Source: Fibrobacteria bacterium
GTDB lineage: Bacteria > Fibrobacterota > Fibrobacteria > UBA11236
DNA length: 55,871 nucleotides
NCBI GenBank assembly: GCA_043766615.1
Contig: JAYUHW010000011.1
Location: forward strand, 1-55,871
Reading direction: 5' to 3'
The notes below the pieces were generated by a model. That model had not been told where the DNA came from, did not search any database, and saw only the letters and a list, made by a program, of their open reading frames with translations. Each line of letters opens with the position of its first letter. Position 1 is the first letter of the stretch. Shown piece after piece: positions 1 through 8,786 of this stretch. The position numbers and the translations under genes were made by a program.

Positions 1-2
1 AA

Positions 3-149
3 CTTTCCGAACTGGGATCTGGCTATACTAAGGGTAGTCAAGTCACCCTGCACTGGGACGGTCGAAACTATCGTACTCAAATAGTGTTCATTCGGGTGCT
101 TCTGGATGGACACTCCACATGGCATAAGTGGATTGGCCGCGATCATTAA
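3..149 (+). CDS. 3' end of a gene entering the window; C-terminal FlgD-Ig/T9SS-like sorting-type tail
   Basis: Frame 3 is open from the window edge to TAA at 147-149: LSELGSGYTKGSQVTLHWDGRNYRTQIVFIRVLLDGHSTWHKWIGRDH*. The 'LHWDGRN...IVFIRV' pattern resembles FlgD-Ig/CTD tails. Not in the ORF track because it has no start codon. Confidence 0.55.
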   Translation, partial: LSELGSGYTKGSQVTLHWDGRNYRTQIVFIRVLLDGHSTWHKWIGRDH

Positions 150-192
150 CTCGTCCAGGCTTCTCCAAGCTACCTTAGTTTCAAAATAAATT

Positions 193-219
193 TAAGATTC
201 CAAATTATATTACCGATAC
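193..219 (+). promoter_or_regulatory. Putative sigma-28 (FliA)-type promoter
   Basis: TAAGATTC (193-200)-N11-ACCGATAC (212-219) matches the TAAAGTTT-N11-GCCGATAA consensus with exact spacing, upstream of the ORF at 265. Confidence 0.5.
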
Positions 220-264
220 GACTTTTGGGGGGCGCTGCATGAGTTCCCTATTTCAAGGAGTCGT

Positions 265-945
265 ATGGAAAGTATTTCCATTCAGGCGTATTCTGCGCAA
301 TTGCGTATTTATTCAAGTTCAACGGATCCTCCGAAACCGAAATTGGCTGATCCTTCAAGTGGAACTTCATCCAATACTGCAAATCGTTCTTCCGATTTAC
401 AAAACCAGGATGGTGATTCGTTCACGATGAGTCTGGAGGCTAGAATAATCCAGATTTCCATGACGCGTTCCGACGACGGCGCGCAGATTTCCGGCAAAGG
501 GATTGGCCGGACGCAGGGAATGGATTCCCAGGAGAACGATTCGCAATCTGGTGGAGTATTCGGTTCTGGATTGGTTAAAGCCCTGATGCAAGCCTTAGGA
601 GGATTCCTTGGGAATGATGGGGCCAGTGCCACCGACAAGGCTGTACCGGTCGAGTCGGATGGTATTCCGGAACATAGGCACCACAACCACTCTCGCACAG
701 GTCATATGGGTAATCCAGAAGAAGTGGCGAGTAAGGTGCTCCAGCATCTGCAATTGGAGCATGCGGAAAGGGGCGGTTCCTTGCAAACCTTTGTGGATGA
801 CATTCAAAAGCGGATGGAGAATCGAAGAAATGACCGAAACAGCAAGGCGGACGCGTCTGGCAGCTTTCGATCTGAAGTCGATTCACTGATTACATCCGGT
901 TTAAATGCATGGGCTCAGACAGGAGGTTCTTCTCTGCAAACTTGA
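265..945 (+). CDS. Hypothetical Ser-rich protein with His-rich patch and helical C-terminal domain
   Basis: 226-aa ORF, RBS AAGGAG at 255-260; low-complexity N-terminal half, EHRHHNHSRTGH patch, helical C-terminus. Confidence 0.75.
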   Translation: MESISIQAYSAQLRIYSSSTDPPKPKLADPSSGTSSNTANRSSDLQNQDGDSFTMSLEARIIQISMTRSDDGAQISGKGIGRTQGMDSQENDSQSGGVFGSGLVKALMQALGGFLGNDGASATDKAVPVESDGIPEHRHHNHSRTGHMGNPEEVASKVLQHLQLEHAERGGSLQTFVDDIQKRMENRRNDRNSKADASGSFRSEVDSLITSGLNAWAQTGGSSLQT

Positions 946-1039
946 ACTCTATCTCTAAAAGGTATTTTGGTTTTTAAGGCACGGAGGCCCATGGTGAAAG
1001 GCAAGGACGCCTTTTCTCTCGAAAAATAAACACACTAGG

Positions 1040-1849
1040 CTATTCCGTAACGTTCAACGTATTGAATGATTTATAAAATGATGCGACAAGGGTCGCATAC
1101 AGTGCCACGTTATGACTGCTATCAATTAAGGCAAATTCCAATCCGTTTTTATCCACTACAATATCAATTTTTGAAAAGTCCACATTTGCAATCCACTTAT
1201 TCGGGAAAAATTCAATTTGACAATTGTATGCTTTAACCTTGTACCACCCAAGCAAGGCGGTTTTTGAATATGTCATGTGAATTTCATTAGCTGTTGGTAA
1301 GGAAAACAGAAAATGAGTGCCCGAACTGGTCGATCCAGAAGTGGATTTCAAATTACCAACATCGGAAAGGACTCCTTTTATATATCCAATATCCGAAAAC
1401 CCTGTAAAATCCATGGCAGTCGGATTCAGCGCTCTATGTTCATCGACCTTGAACTCCAAATTGATATTTTCCGGGACCTGTGAACCTAATTTTTCCACTT
1501 TAAGATTGGCGTTTTTATCGGCACCGGTAAAATCGACTGGATCACTGATGGAATCTTCCGCCCACAGCAATTTCTGAATTGTGGTATGTGTGACGCTGTC
1601 TTTTAGTGTATACGAGGCTTCATGCACTAACATTTTAAAATGCTGAATAAGTATCGAATCGCTCTTGGAGGATTTTGCCGCATACTTTCCCATTCCAAGG
1701 ATAACCGGATTTTCAGAATAGTCTATTTTGAATTCCGTACGCAGCAGCCTCTCGTCTTCCGCATTGCCGATCTCCGTGAAACACCCATTTGAAAAAAATA
1801 AAATTCCGGTCAAAACCAATAGAATGAATGGGCGCGCCGTGCAGTTCAT
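1040..1849 (-). CDS. Putative lipoprotein of unknown function
   Basis: Hydrophobic signal ending LFFSNG-C followed by FTEIGN; ATGA overlap with the stop of the upstream TIGR02147 gene. Confidence 0.8.
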   Translation of the reverse strand: MNCTARPFILLVLTGILFFSNGCFTEIGNAEDERLLRTEFKIDYSENPVILGMGKYAAKSSKSDSILIQHFKMLVHEASYTLKDSVTHTTIQKLLWAEDSISDPVDFTGADKNANLKVEKLGSQVPENINLEFKVDEHRALNPTAMDFTGFSDIGYIKGVLSDVGNLKSTSGSTSSGTHFLFSLPTANEIHMTYSKTALLGWYKVKAYNCQIEFFPNKWIANVDFSKIDIVVDKNGLEFALIDSSHNVALYATLVASFYKSFNTLNVTE

Positions 1850-2694
1850 TTTGTTTTCCCTTTGCTGAGTGGGAAAAGCTGAATATTCACCTGGACGATT
1901 CTATCGCCGTCGCCGTCTGATGCAGCAAAATTACGCAACTCTTTACGCATAAGTTGAATTTGCTTCTTCAAATTTGGCAATTCGGATTCCTTAATGGCGA
2001 AACATACCGAGGAAATATCACGTTCTTTACCCGGCACTTCATCTTGCGCCCAGCCGGCCAGTTTGAGCATTTGAGCGTGGTAATTCTTAACTAGAAAAGA
2101 CTTAATTTCATCATCCGTTGTAATATCCGGCTCAGCTGGCTTGTAGCCGTTGGCCGTCTTTTTAATCACACCGGAAACTAGGAGCATTGATAAAGCTTCC
2201 TCGACTTCGTAGGGTTCAACCCGTGGCAGCAATTGACTTGAAATCCAGGCTGGACTATTCCGAAAGCCTTTTAAATTGAGCATTTCACGAATCACGATAT
2301 TATACCACTTTCGAAAAATCTGGAGTTGCGATACCTCCAGTTTTTGGAAGGTGGATTTCGAGGTGGATTGTACCAGTTTCTGGTAATAAAAATTCTTTTC
2401 TTCCAAAGTAAGTGCTTGGTTGAAAAACACCAAGTTTTCAAAATATTGCGTACGCTCTTTATCTAAATCAAGCGCGTCTGACAATTTGACTAAAGTTTTT
2501 TTACTGAGGTTTCGCTTGCCTTCCATCAAAAATTTCAGCAAACCATGGCTTGGGAATTTTGCCTTTTTAGCGAAGAAGCGCAATGAAAATTTTGGGTTCG
2601 CCTGCTTCTGAGCCTGGTAATAGTCCTGTAAATATTGCCGGTAGTTCGAATAGTTGAGGAGATCCGGCAACTTGATGGTGCTCTTCATAAACAT
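1846..2694 (-). CDS. TIGR02147 family protein (HTH + DUF4423-like)
   Basis: Y.NYRQYLQDYY, FSLRFFAKKA, GKRNLS, YFENLVFFNQA, WYNIVIRE, ERDISS, VQVNIQLFPLS motifs typical of this family. Confidence 0.9.
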   Translation of the reverse strand: MFMKSTIKLPDLLNYSNYRQYLQDYYQAQKQANPKFSLRFFAKKAKFPSHGLLKFLMEGKRNLSKKTLVKLSDALDLDKERTQYFENLVFFNQALTLEEKNFYYQKLVQSTSKSTFQKLEVSQLQIFRKWYNIVIREMLNLKGFRNSPAWISSQLLPRVEPYEVEEALSMLLVSGVIKKTANGYKPAEPDITTDDEIKSFLVKNYHAQMLKLAGWAQDEVPGKERDISSVCFAIKESELPNLKKQIQLMRKELRNFAASDGDGDRIVQVNIQLFPLSKGKTK

Positions 2695-2857
2695 AAAAAG
2701 TAACCTCGATTAAAGCCTTTGCCTGGACTTTTAATGGTGGCTTGTACACAAAAGAGTACAGAACATGGCCAGTGCGAAGCCCCAATCTTCACGCCTTCAT
2801 TAACTTATCAAAATGCGGACGAATGCAAATCAGACCAATCCTAGAAATAATGATGAA

Positions 2858-3625
2858 ATGGGGCTTTTCAAGTTAAGCTACCTGGCCGTAGTGGGTTGCT
2901 TAGTAATAGTAAACTGCGAATTTGCGCCTAAATTAGCCGTGCAATCGGACCTATTGGCAGGATCTGGGTCAACGCCAGCTTCTCAAAAGGGGCCGAGTTG
3001 CAATAGCTGCCACACCTATCCATTGCATGATGTGAATCACAATTACCACCTAATGTCTGCCAACGTCAATCGAAACAACCTAGGCCAGCCGGAGCTGAAT
3101 GCCGTTACTACCTGTATGGATTGTCATTTCAATTCCATCCGTCACTTTTCCTATGTCCATTCCGATACCACCTGGATGGTCTCAAATGGAGTAGAGCTTA
3201 CCGGGCATTTTCATGCAAGCGACAAGATTATGAAGACTGTCAGCTACCCAAGGTGGCGCCCTCTACCCTATGCGAATATGGATACCACGCGTAAGGAAGC
3301 CTTGGCAACGGAAATCGACTCCTTGGTGTTTCGTCAAGCCCGCATGGGTGAAATGGTTGAATGGATGACATCTTGGGCGCATAACAACGGCGTAGTCGAT
3401 GTTGCCTTTGCACCCAATGATATCACGAAACCGGAATTTTTGGTTTCAGCCTACCGCCCAAAAGATTTGTCCTGTTCAACCGTTACCTGTCATAATCAGC
3501 GTGATCCCGGCTATCGCTGGATGTCACCCAGACTTGGACTGAGCAATTGCCCGTCACTAGATGGTCATGATCCTACTTGTCCTGGTGAAGTAGGGCCACC
3601 CGTTTCCCCATCGGTAGCCCCATGA
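2858..3625 (+). CDS. c-type cytochrome lipoprotein (two CxxCH plus one CxxxxCH motif)
   Basis: CNSCH (2999), CMDCH (3113), CSTVTCH (3473); signal-like MGLFKLSYLAVVGCLVIVNC. Start placed at ATG 2858 rather than 2813. Confidence 0.75.
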   Translation: MGLFKLSYLAVVGCLVIVNCEFAPKLAVQSDLLAGSGSTPASQKGPSCNSCHTYPLHDVNHNYHLMSANVNRNNLGQPELNAVTTCMDCHFNSIRHFSYVHSDTTWMVSNGVELTGHFHASDKIMKTVSYPRWRPLPYANMDTTRKEALATEIDSLVFRQARMGEMVEWMTSWAHNNGVVDVAFAPNDITKPEFLVSAYRPKDLSCSTVTCHNQRDPGYRWMSPRLGLSNCPSLDGHDPTCPGEVGPPVSPSVAP

Positions 3626-3852
3626 ATAAAATGAATCGGGACAGCATATTTATCTGCTTCATAATTTTGGTAACCTTGGCGTTACTGAGCGGATGCGCCT
3701 TTGTTCCCCAGGCCAATCGCGAATTCTTAAGCGACCCTATCATGCAACGGCATGATGACAATTTGGAAAGCGCTCTGGAAGGCCATGACATGCCACGTCG
3801 TGAGGGATCGGTGGGCGGCAGTTCCGGTTCAGGTGGCGGTTGCGGATGTTAA
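3622..3852 (+). CDS. DUF4266-family small lipoprotein
   Basis: Lipobox LLSG-C, 'REFLSDPIM', C-terminal REGSVGGSSGSGGGCGC; directly precedes DUF3570 as is typical. Confidence 0.85.
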   Translation: MNKMNRDSIFICFIILVTLALLSGCAFVPQANREFLSDPIMQRHDDNLESALEGHDMPRREGSVGGSSGSGGGCGC

Positions 3853-5033
3853 GTAATTACACGGCAAACCACGCTCTGACGTGGATTGTTATTTGTTGCG
3901 GGCTCCTGCAGGCAGAGTCGGGAAACACTTTAGAAATTAAGCATGAGTATTTCTGGGACCGAAACAGGGTCTGGAATCATACGCCCAGTTTCTCGTTGAA
4001 AAAATATTTTTCCAGAAGTTGGAGCCTGGGTTGGGAGCAGGAGTTGGACATTGTCAGCGGTGCCTCCCGAAGACTCGGTGCCGATAAGGTTGGACTATTT
4101 GGAAATCGGGAAGTAGATGCCGTTTCCAATGCATCCAAAGTGGAGGTCCGGCATTCCGAAAATCCTTCTCTAACTTATTCTCATAAAGGGGTGGCAATAG
4201 ACGCCTCATACTATATCAGCAGGGAAAACGATTATTTCTCTCAATCACCCGCTGGTTCCATCGCGTGGGATTTCAATGATCGAAACACTACACTAGGTGT
4301 GAACTATGCTGAATTCTTCGATAGGTTTGTACCCAAAGGCGCATACACTGGATTGGGAGGCAGGAAACGCATCACCAGTATGGGTGGAACCGTTGCGCAG
4401 TCCCTAACCTCATTAACTTTGGTTGGACTAACCGCGACCTGGATACAAAGCCATGGCTTTCTGGGGCACCCCTACAATCCTCCCGTTGACGTAAGTGGAA
4501 CCATGCTTTTGGAAAAAGTACCCGACACCAAACAGGCCGTGGCCTTATCAGGACAAATCGTTCAGGGGTATCATGTAGGTCAACGACTTGGATCCATAAA
4601 CCTGGATGCCCGCAGGTATCAAGATGACTGGGGAATGAAATCTTCGACCATTGATTTCAAATTGAGCCAGTATTTTACAGAGACCTCTTTTATCCGTTTT
4701 CGTCTAAGGTATTACAACCAATCCGGTTCTGTTTTTGCTAAACCCACGTATACAGGTCAGGAAACCTATCGGACGGGGGATATCCGATACTATCCGTTTA
4801 CATCCTGGCTTGGGGGTGTAAAAATCTCATCCGTTTTTCCTGACAGCTGGGGAGAATCCCTTTTCCTCCCGGATCGTTGGGATATCAAATATGATCAAAC
4901 TTTTCGGGATACGCGCGGGGATCCCGTTGGCACTGGCGCAGGAGTTCCTCGAAGTATTACCTATCAGCTCTATGCACCTGAAGATGCATATATGCAGGGC
5001 GTGTTTATGTTTGGCCTGTCTTTCAATCTATAA
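3846..5033 (+). CDS. DUF3570-family outer-membrane beta-barrel, predicted flavinylation substrate
   Basis: DIVSGAS (4047-4067), DAVSNAS (4116-4136), SRENDYFS, DFNDRNTTL, GFLGHPYN, RRYQDDWGM, RLRYYNQ; alternating C-terminal strand ending FGLSFNL. ATG 3846 overlaps the DUF4266 stop. Confidence 0.85.
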   Translation: MLSNYTANHALTWIVICCGLLQAESGNTLEIKHEYFWDRNRVWNHTPSFSLKKYFSRSWSLGWEQELDIVSGASRRLGADKVGLFGNREVDAVSNASKVEVRHSENPSLTYSHKGVAIDASYYISRENDYFSQSPAGSIAWDFNDRNTTLGVNYAEFFDRFVPKGAYTGLGGRKRITSMGGTVAQSLTSLTLVGLTATWIQSHGFLGHPYNPPVDVSGTMLLEKVPDTKQAVALSGQIVQGYHVGQRLGSINLDARRYQDDWGMKSSTIDFKLSQYFTETSFIRFRLRYYNQSGSVFAKPTYTGQETYRTGDIRYYPFTSWLGGVKISSVFPDSWGESLFLPDRWDIKYDQTFRDTRGDPVGTGAGVPRSITYQLYAPEDAYMQGVFMFGLSFNL

Positions 5034-5045
5034 AGGAGAACCATA

Positions 5046-5723
5046 ATGAAAATTTATTTACCCCATATGCTCTTCAAAACAGTCGCTCTATTTTGCATTG
5101 CTGGCCTATTTCAAGCTCAGGCCGCCAAGTTCACCAGATTACCTGAATTCACACTGCCGGATGTCGATGGAAAGGCTTGGAGCAGTTCCGCATTAAATGG
5201 AAAAGTATGTGTGGTTGATTTTTGGGCGACATGGTGCAATACCTGTAAGGAAACCATTCCCAAACTCGCCGAGCTGAGTAGTAAATACAAGGACCAAGGG
5301 CTTGTGGTGGTCGGAATCAGTGTTGACAAAGGCTCTTCCGAAAAAATAAGCAAGTCCGCAAAAAAACTTGGCATCAATTATTTGGTTTTACTCGATAAGG
5401 ACAATTCGCTCAGTAAATCCTTTGGCTTCACGGGCATCCCTTCTCTATATGTTTTTGACGGTCACGGAAATTTGAAAACAGCGATGCCGGGATACGATCC
5501 CGATCAAGAAAAACAACTGACCATTGCTACGGATCAGGCCCTAGCCGATCAAGTCGCGGAAACCGATAAGTTCAAGTCAATGGAGAAGGATAAGGAAAAA
5601 GAGAAAGAAAACGCCCGACTGGAAGAATTGGCCTTGGCCTCAAAAACGCAGGAAGGCTCGAGCAAAGTGTCGCATACCCGCGATGTTAAAAATAAAAAAA
5701 CCAAAAAGAAGGCGGGAACATGA
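5046..5723 (+). CDS. TlpA/ResA-like thiol-disulfide oxidoreductase with Lys/Glu-rich tail
   Basis: Signal peptide, VVDFWATWCNTC, GIPSLYVFD; RBS AAGGAG upstream. Confidence 0.92.
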   Translation: MKIYLPHMLFKTVALFCIAGLFQAQAAKFTRLPEFTLPDVDGKAWSSSALNGKVCVVDFWATWCNTCKETIPKLAELSSKYKDQGLVVVGISVDKGSSEKISKSAKKLGINYLVLLDKDNSLSKSFGFTGIPSLYVFDGHGNLKTAMPGYDPDQEKQLTIATDQALADQVAETDKFKSMEKDKEKEKENARLEELALASKTQEGSSKVSHTRDVKNKKTKKKAGT

Positions 5724-6418
5724 TCAGCAGTCAAAACTTAAGCACAGCTCTTTCAACCGGTTCCATTGGGGCCATAGTGTTGTGCTTCTTAGCAGGAGTT
5801 GGTTCCAGCTTTACCCCATGCATTTACCCTTTGATTCCCGTTACGATAAGTATCCTGGGCACTCGAAATGCGGAATCAAAATTTCGCGGATTCTTACTCA
5901 CCCTGTTTTACGTTGGAGGGATTGCCACAACTTACGCAGCCCTGGGAATGGTGGCAGCATTCACAGGCTCCCTATTTGGTTCCCTAAGCTCCAATTCATG
6001 GGTGCTCCTGGGCGTGGCCGCAGTTGTCATGGCCCTTGCGCTTAATATGCTCGATGTTTTTCAAATCAATTTTGCTCGACTCACTATGGGCGGGAACGGC
6101 CAGCATAAACAAGGGTTGTTTTCAAATTTTATCTATGGTTTGACGTTCGGACTTGTGGCCTCACCCTGCACGGCACCTCCACTAGCTGTCATACTCGCTT
6201 GGGTTGGATCTACGCACAATGTAATCATGGGTCCTTTGCTCCTTTTTGTTTTTGCTTTGGGTATGGGTTCCATTCTGATTATGATTGGCACATTCTCCTC
6301 TTTTCTCACCCGACTTCCACGTTCCGGCATGTGGATGGTCTACATCAAAAAAATCATGGGTTACATGATGGTTTTGATGTCAGGGTACTTCGTATTCCAA
6401 GCCGGCGTTCAATGGTAA
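5720..6418 (+). CDS. DsbD/CcdA-type transmembrane electron transporter
   Basis: About six hydrophobic helices with redox Cys motifs SFTPCIYPLIP and ASPCTAPPL, and LPRSGMWM. Confidence 0.92.
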   Translation: MISSQNLSTALSTGSIGAIVLCFLAGVGSSFTPCIYPLIPVTISILGTRNAESKFRGFLLTLFYVGGIATTYAALGMVAAFTGSLFGSLSSNSWVLLGVAAVVMALALNMLDVFQINFARLTMGGNGQHKQGLFSNFIYGLTFGLVASPCTAPPLAVILAWVGSTHNVIMGPLLLFVFALGMGSILIMIGTFSSFLTRLPRSGMWMVYIKKIMGYMMVLMSGYFVFQAGVQW

Positions 6419-6443
6419 AACCATCAATTAAATGGAGTCAAAA

Positions 6444-7232
6444 ATGAACAGAAAAATTATTTCAACTGCCACGGCAATTCTGATCACTTTCCTCTGCATA
6501 ACACGAAATAACGTAGTCGCCCGTCCCGATGCAGTCTCAGCCGCCAGCCTAACAGTAGCCGTCACCAGCGTAACGGCTACCACCGCTGTCATTACTTATT
6601 CAAAGGACAAATATGATTACGGAACACGGACGCTTTGTTATGATCCCGCTCCAGCTGTAGCGAAGAACAATTGCACAATTAAAAATGCCGCTGGAAATCA
6701 AGGAACATTCACCATCTCCGGATTAACATCCGGCATCGTCTACAATTTCAATATTCAAGCCATTGATACCCAAGGAGGAGAGAAACCTTATGCAACTGCT
6801 GGTTCCTTTACAACCTTAACTTCGACGGTTGTTTCTCCCGCTAGTATATCTACCCAGCCAGCCAATCAAACCGTCAAAGTCGGCTCAGCAGCGACATTTA
6901 GTGTTATTGCTGCAGGCACCCCCACCTTGACCTACCAGTGGCGGAAAGGCACGGTTAATATCAACGGCGCCACTTTGGCCAGCTATACGACGCCAGCAGC
7001 GGTAATTGGTGACAATGGCAGCCTGTATTCCGTAGTAATTAATAACGGTGCCATGCAACCTGTTACAAGTGCGAACGCAATTTTGACCGTACAACCCGTT
7101 ACCCAAATCGTATCCAATTCCCAAAGACTGCACGATTCCCATTCTATCCACGGCGAAGCCTATGATCTTAAGGGGCGGTCCATTCTTAAAAAAGGTAACC
7201 ACGCAGCTTCCTCCGTAGGACCCATAAAATAG
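6444..7232 (+). CDS. Secreted FN3 + Ig-like domain protein with N-terminal DAVSAAS motif and C-terminal sorting-like tail
   Basis: Signal peptide; FN3 (ISGLTSGIVYNFNIQA); Ig (ISTQPANQTV...LTYQWRK...DNGSLYSVVI); tail AYDLKGRSI. ATG 6444 has RBS GGAG. Confidence 0.8.
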   Translation: MNRKIISTATAILITFLCITRNNVVARPDAVSAASLTVAVTSVTATTAVITYSKDKYDYGTRTLCYDPAPAVAKNNCTIKNAAGNQGTFTISGLTSGIVYNFNIQAIDTQGGEKPYATAGSFTTLTSTVVSPASISTQPANQTVKVGSAATFSVIAAGTPTLTYQWRKGTVNINGATLASYTTPAAVIGDNGSLYSVVINNGAMQPVTSANAILTVQPVTQIVSNSQRLHDSHSIHGEAYDLKGRSILKKGNHAASSVGPIK

Positions 7233-7253
7233 TTTTGGCCCAATCCCCGTTCT

Positions 7254-7299
7254 GATTCTCCCCCTACTCCTGTTCCAGGGGAGAATCCTATATTTTTTT
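7254..7299 (+). terminator. Putative intrinsic terminator
   Basis: GATTCTCCCC (7254-7263) / GGGGAGAATC (7278-7287) 10-bp stem followed by CTATATTTTTTT. Confidence 0.5.
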
Positions 7300-7301
7300 C
7301 C

Positions 7302-7307
7302 TATAAT
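7302..7307 (+). promoter_or_regulatory. Candidate -10 element for apbE
   Basis: Exact TATAAT about 30 nt upstream of the apbE ATG; no clear -35. Confidence 0.3.
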
Positions 7308-7338
7308 AGAATCCTGTATACCTTGCAAGGAAGTTAAA

Positions 7339-8385
7339 ATGCCGTTCCGATTCGTGGCTCCATTTTTGGCCTTATTTATTATCAATTGCCAAGAGACGAC
7401 AAGAACACACAATTGGTTTGCCATGGATACGAACATGGCCGTTTCCCTTTTTGGGTCCACCCCTGTTTCCGATGACAGTGTCTTTTACCGTCTGGAAGCC
7501 GAAACAGAACGATTAAACCTTCTCTTTAGTGATTTCTCATCCCGTTCCGCTTTATCAGAAATAAAGGGTCACATCGGTGATACGGTAATGGTGCACCCGG
7601 AAATATATCAAGTTCTAAAAATCGCACTAGATGTAGGCGAAGCCACTCACGGTTCTTTTGATATCACCCTGCATGATTTGAAATGGATGTGGGGCCTCGG
7701 AAGTGGACAAACCGGTCACATACCAGATTCGACAAGCTTAGATTCCCTTCTGAAGGAAAATCCTACGTATCATTCGCTGTGGGAGACGCCCAACCATAGG
7801 CCTCCGCTGACCTTACTTCCAGGCAATCGAGCCGTGCTGCATCGCGAAAATACCCAAATTGATTTAGGCGCTATCGCCAAGGGTTTTATAGTGGATAAGC
7901 TACATGCATTGCTCGATTCCCTTGGTTGCCCCAACCATATTCTACAAGCCGGAGGAGAAATTCGGCTCGGTGGAAAAAAACAGTCCGGCGCCTGGAGCAT
8001 CGGCATACGACATCCCCGCGCGGCAGATTCCTTGAGCGGTTTGATTTCAACTACCACCCCTAAAGCTATTTCTACATCCGGGGATTATGAACGGTTTTTT
8101 GAATCCGATGGAAAACGTTATCATCACATCTTTGATCCCCGAACAGGTAAACCGGCACCCGTATATTGTGGTGTGACTGTTGTTACAGATTACAGTGTTT
8201 GGGCCGATGCCATGTCCACGTCGCTTTTTATTCTTGGCCCGGAAAAAGGCATGCCTGTAGCGCGTCAGTATCATACCAGCGCAGTTTGGTTTGAGGCGCG
8301 GCCTACTGGGTTATGCGCCATCCCCATGCCGGAAATTTTGCCCTTACTAAATCTACAGGGAATTTCTACCTGCAGCTCCCGATAA
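7339..8385 (+). CDS. apbE: FAD:protein FMN transferase (ApbE/FmnB), lipoprotein
   Basis: FAMDT, GSFDIT, IDLGAIAKGFIVD, AGGEI, WSIGIRHPR, ISTSGDYERF, RYHHIFDPRTG, ADAMST. Confidence 0.97.
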   Translation: MPFRFVAPFLALFIINCQETTRTHNWFAMDTNMAVSLFGSTPVSDDSVFYRLEAETERLNLLFSDFSSRSALSEIKGHIGDTVMVHPEIYQVLKIALDVGEATHGSFDITLHDLKWMWGLGSGQTGHIPDSTSLDSLLKENPTYHSLWETPNHRPPLTLLPGNRAVLHRENTQIDLGAIAKGFIVDKLHALLDSLGCPNHILQAGGEIRLGGKKQSGAWSIGIRHPRAADSLSGLISTTTPKAISTSGDYERFFESDGKRYHHIFDPRTGKPAPVYCGVTVVTDYSVWADAMSTSLFILGPEKGMPVARQYHTSAVWFEARPTGLCAIPMPEILPLLNLQGISTCSSR

Positions 8386-8393
8386 GGCCAGTA

Positions 8394-8786
8394 TTGCAAA
8401 CCCGCACATTTTTTCGCCCATTCGACGTTCTTGTTATCCTGTTAGTAATTGGTTCCGGCGCATGGGCCATGCTGACTTTTCGTTTTACTGAAGGCAGCCG
8501 AGCAGTCGTCTACATCGCCAATAAAAAATTCGCCTGGTACCCTTTGGCAGGCGAGACAAAACGGATCGCCATCCCATCTCAAATAGGAATAGTGTGGCTA
8601 GAAATAGGATCGGGCACAGCACGCGTAGTCAGCTCACCCTGTCCCAATAAACTTTGTGTTAAAACCGGAGTGGTTCGCCACAGCCATGAAGAAATCGTTT
8701 GTCTTCCGGCCAAGCTCCTGCTGACACTAGAAGGCCAAGATGGACCCGGACCCATGAAAGCCGGAGCCGATGCCATCACCTATTAA
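8394..8786 (+). CDS. NusG domain II (DUF1312/EetA-like) membrane-anchored protein
   Basis: N-terminal TM; SSPCPNKLCVKTG and IVCLPAKL motifs. TTG 8394 after TAAGG preferred over ATG 8313, which overlaps apbE by 73 nt. Confidence 0.85.
   Translation: MQTRTFFRPFDVLVILLVIGSGAWAMLTFRFTEGSRAVVYIANKKFAWYPLAGETKRIAIPSQIGIVWLEIGSGTARVVSSPCPNKLCVKTGVVRHSHEEIVCLPAKLLLTLEGQDGPGPMKAGADAITY

Noticed and set aside
8394-8786. Calling this gene nusG
   Set aside because: Only the NusG domain II fold with an N-terminal TM is present; no NGN or KOW domains.
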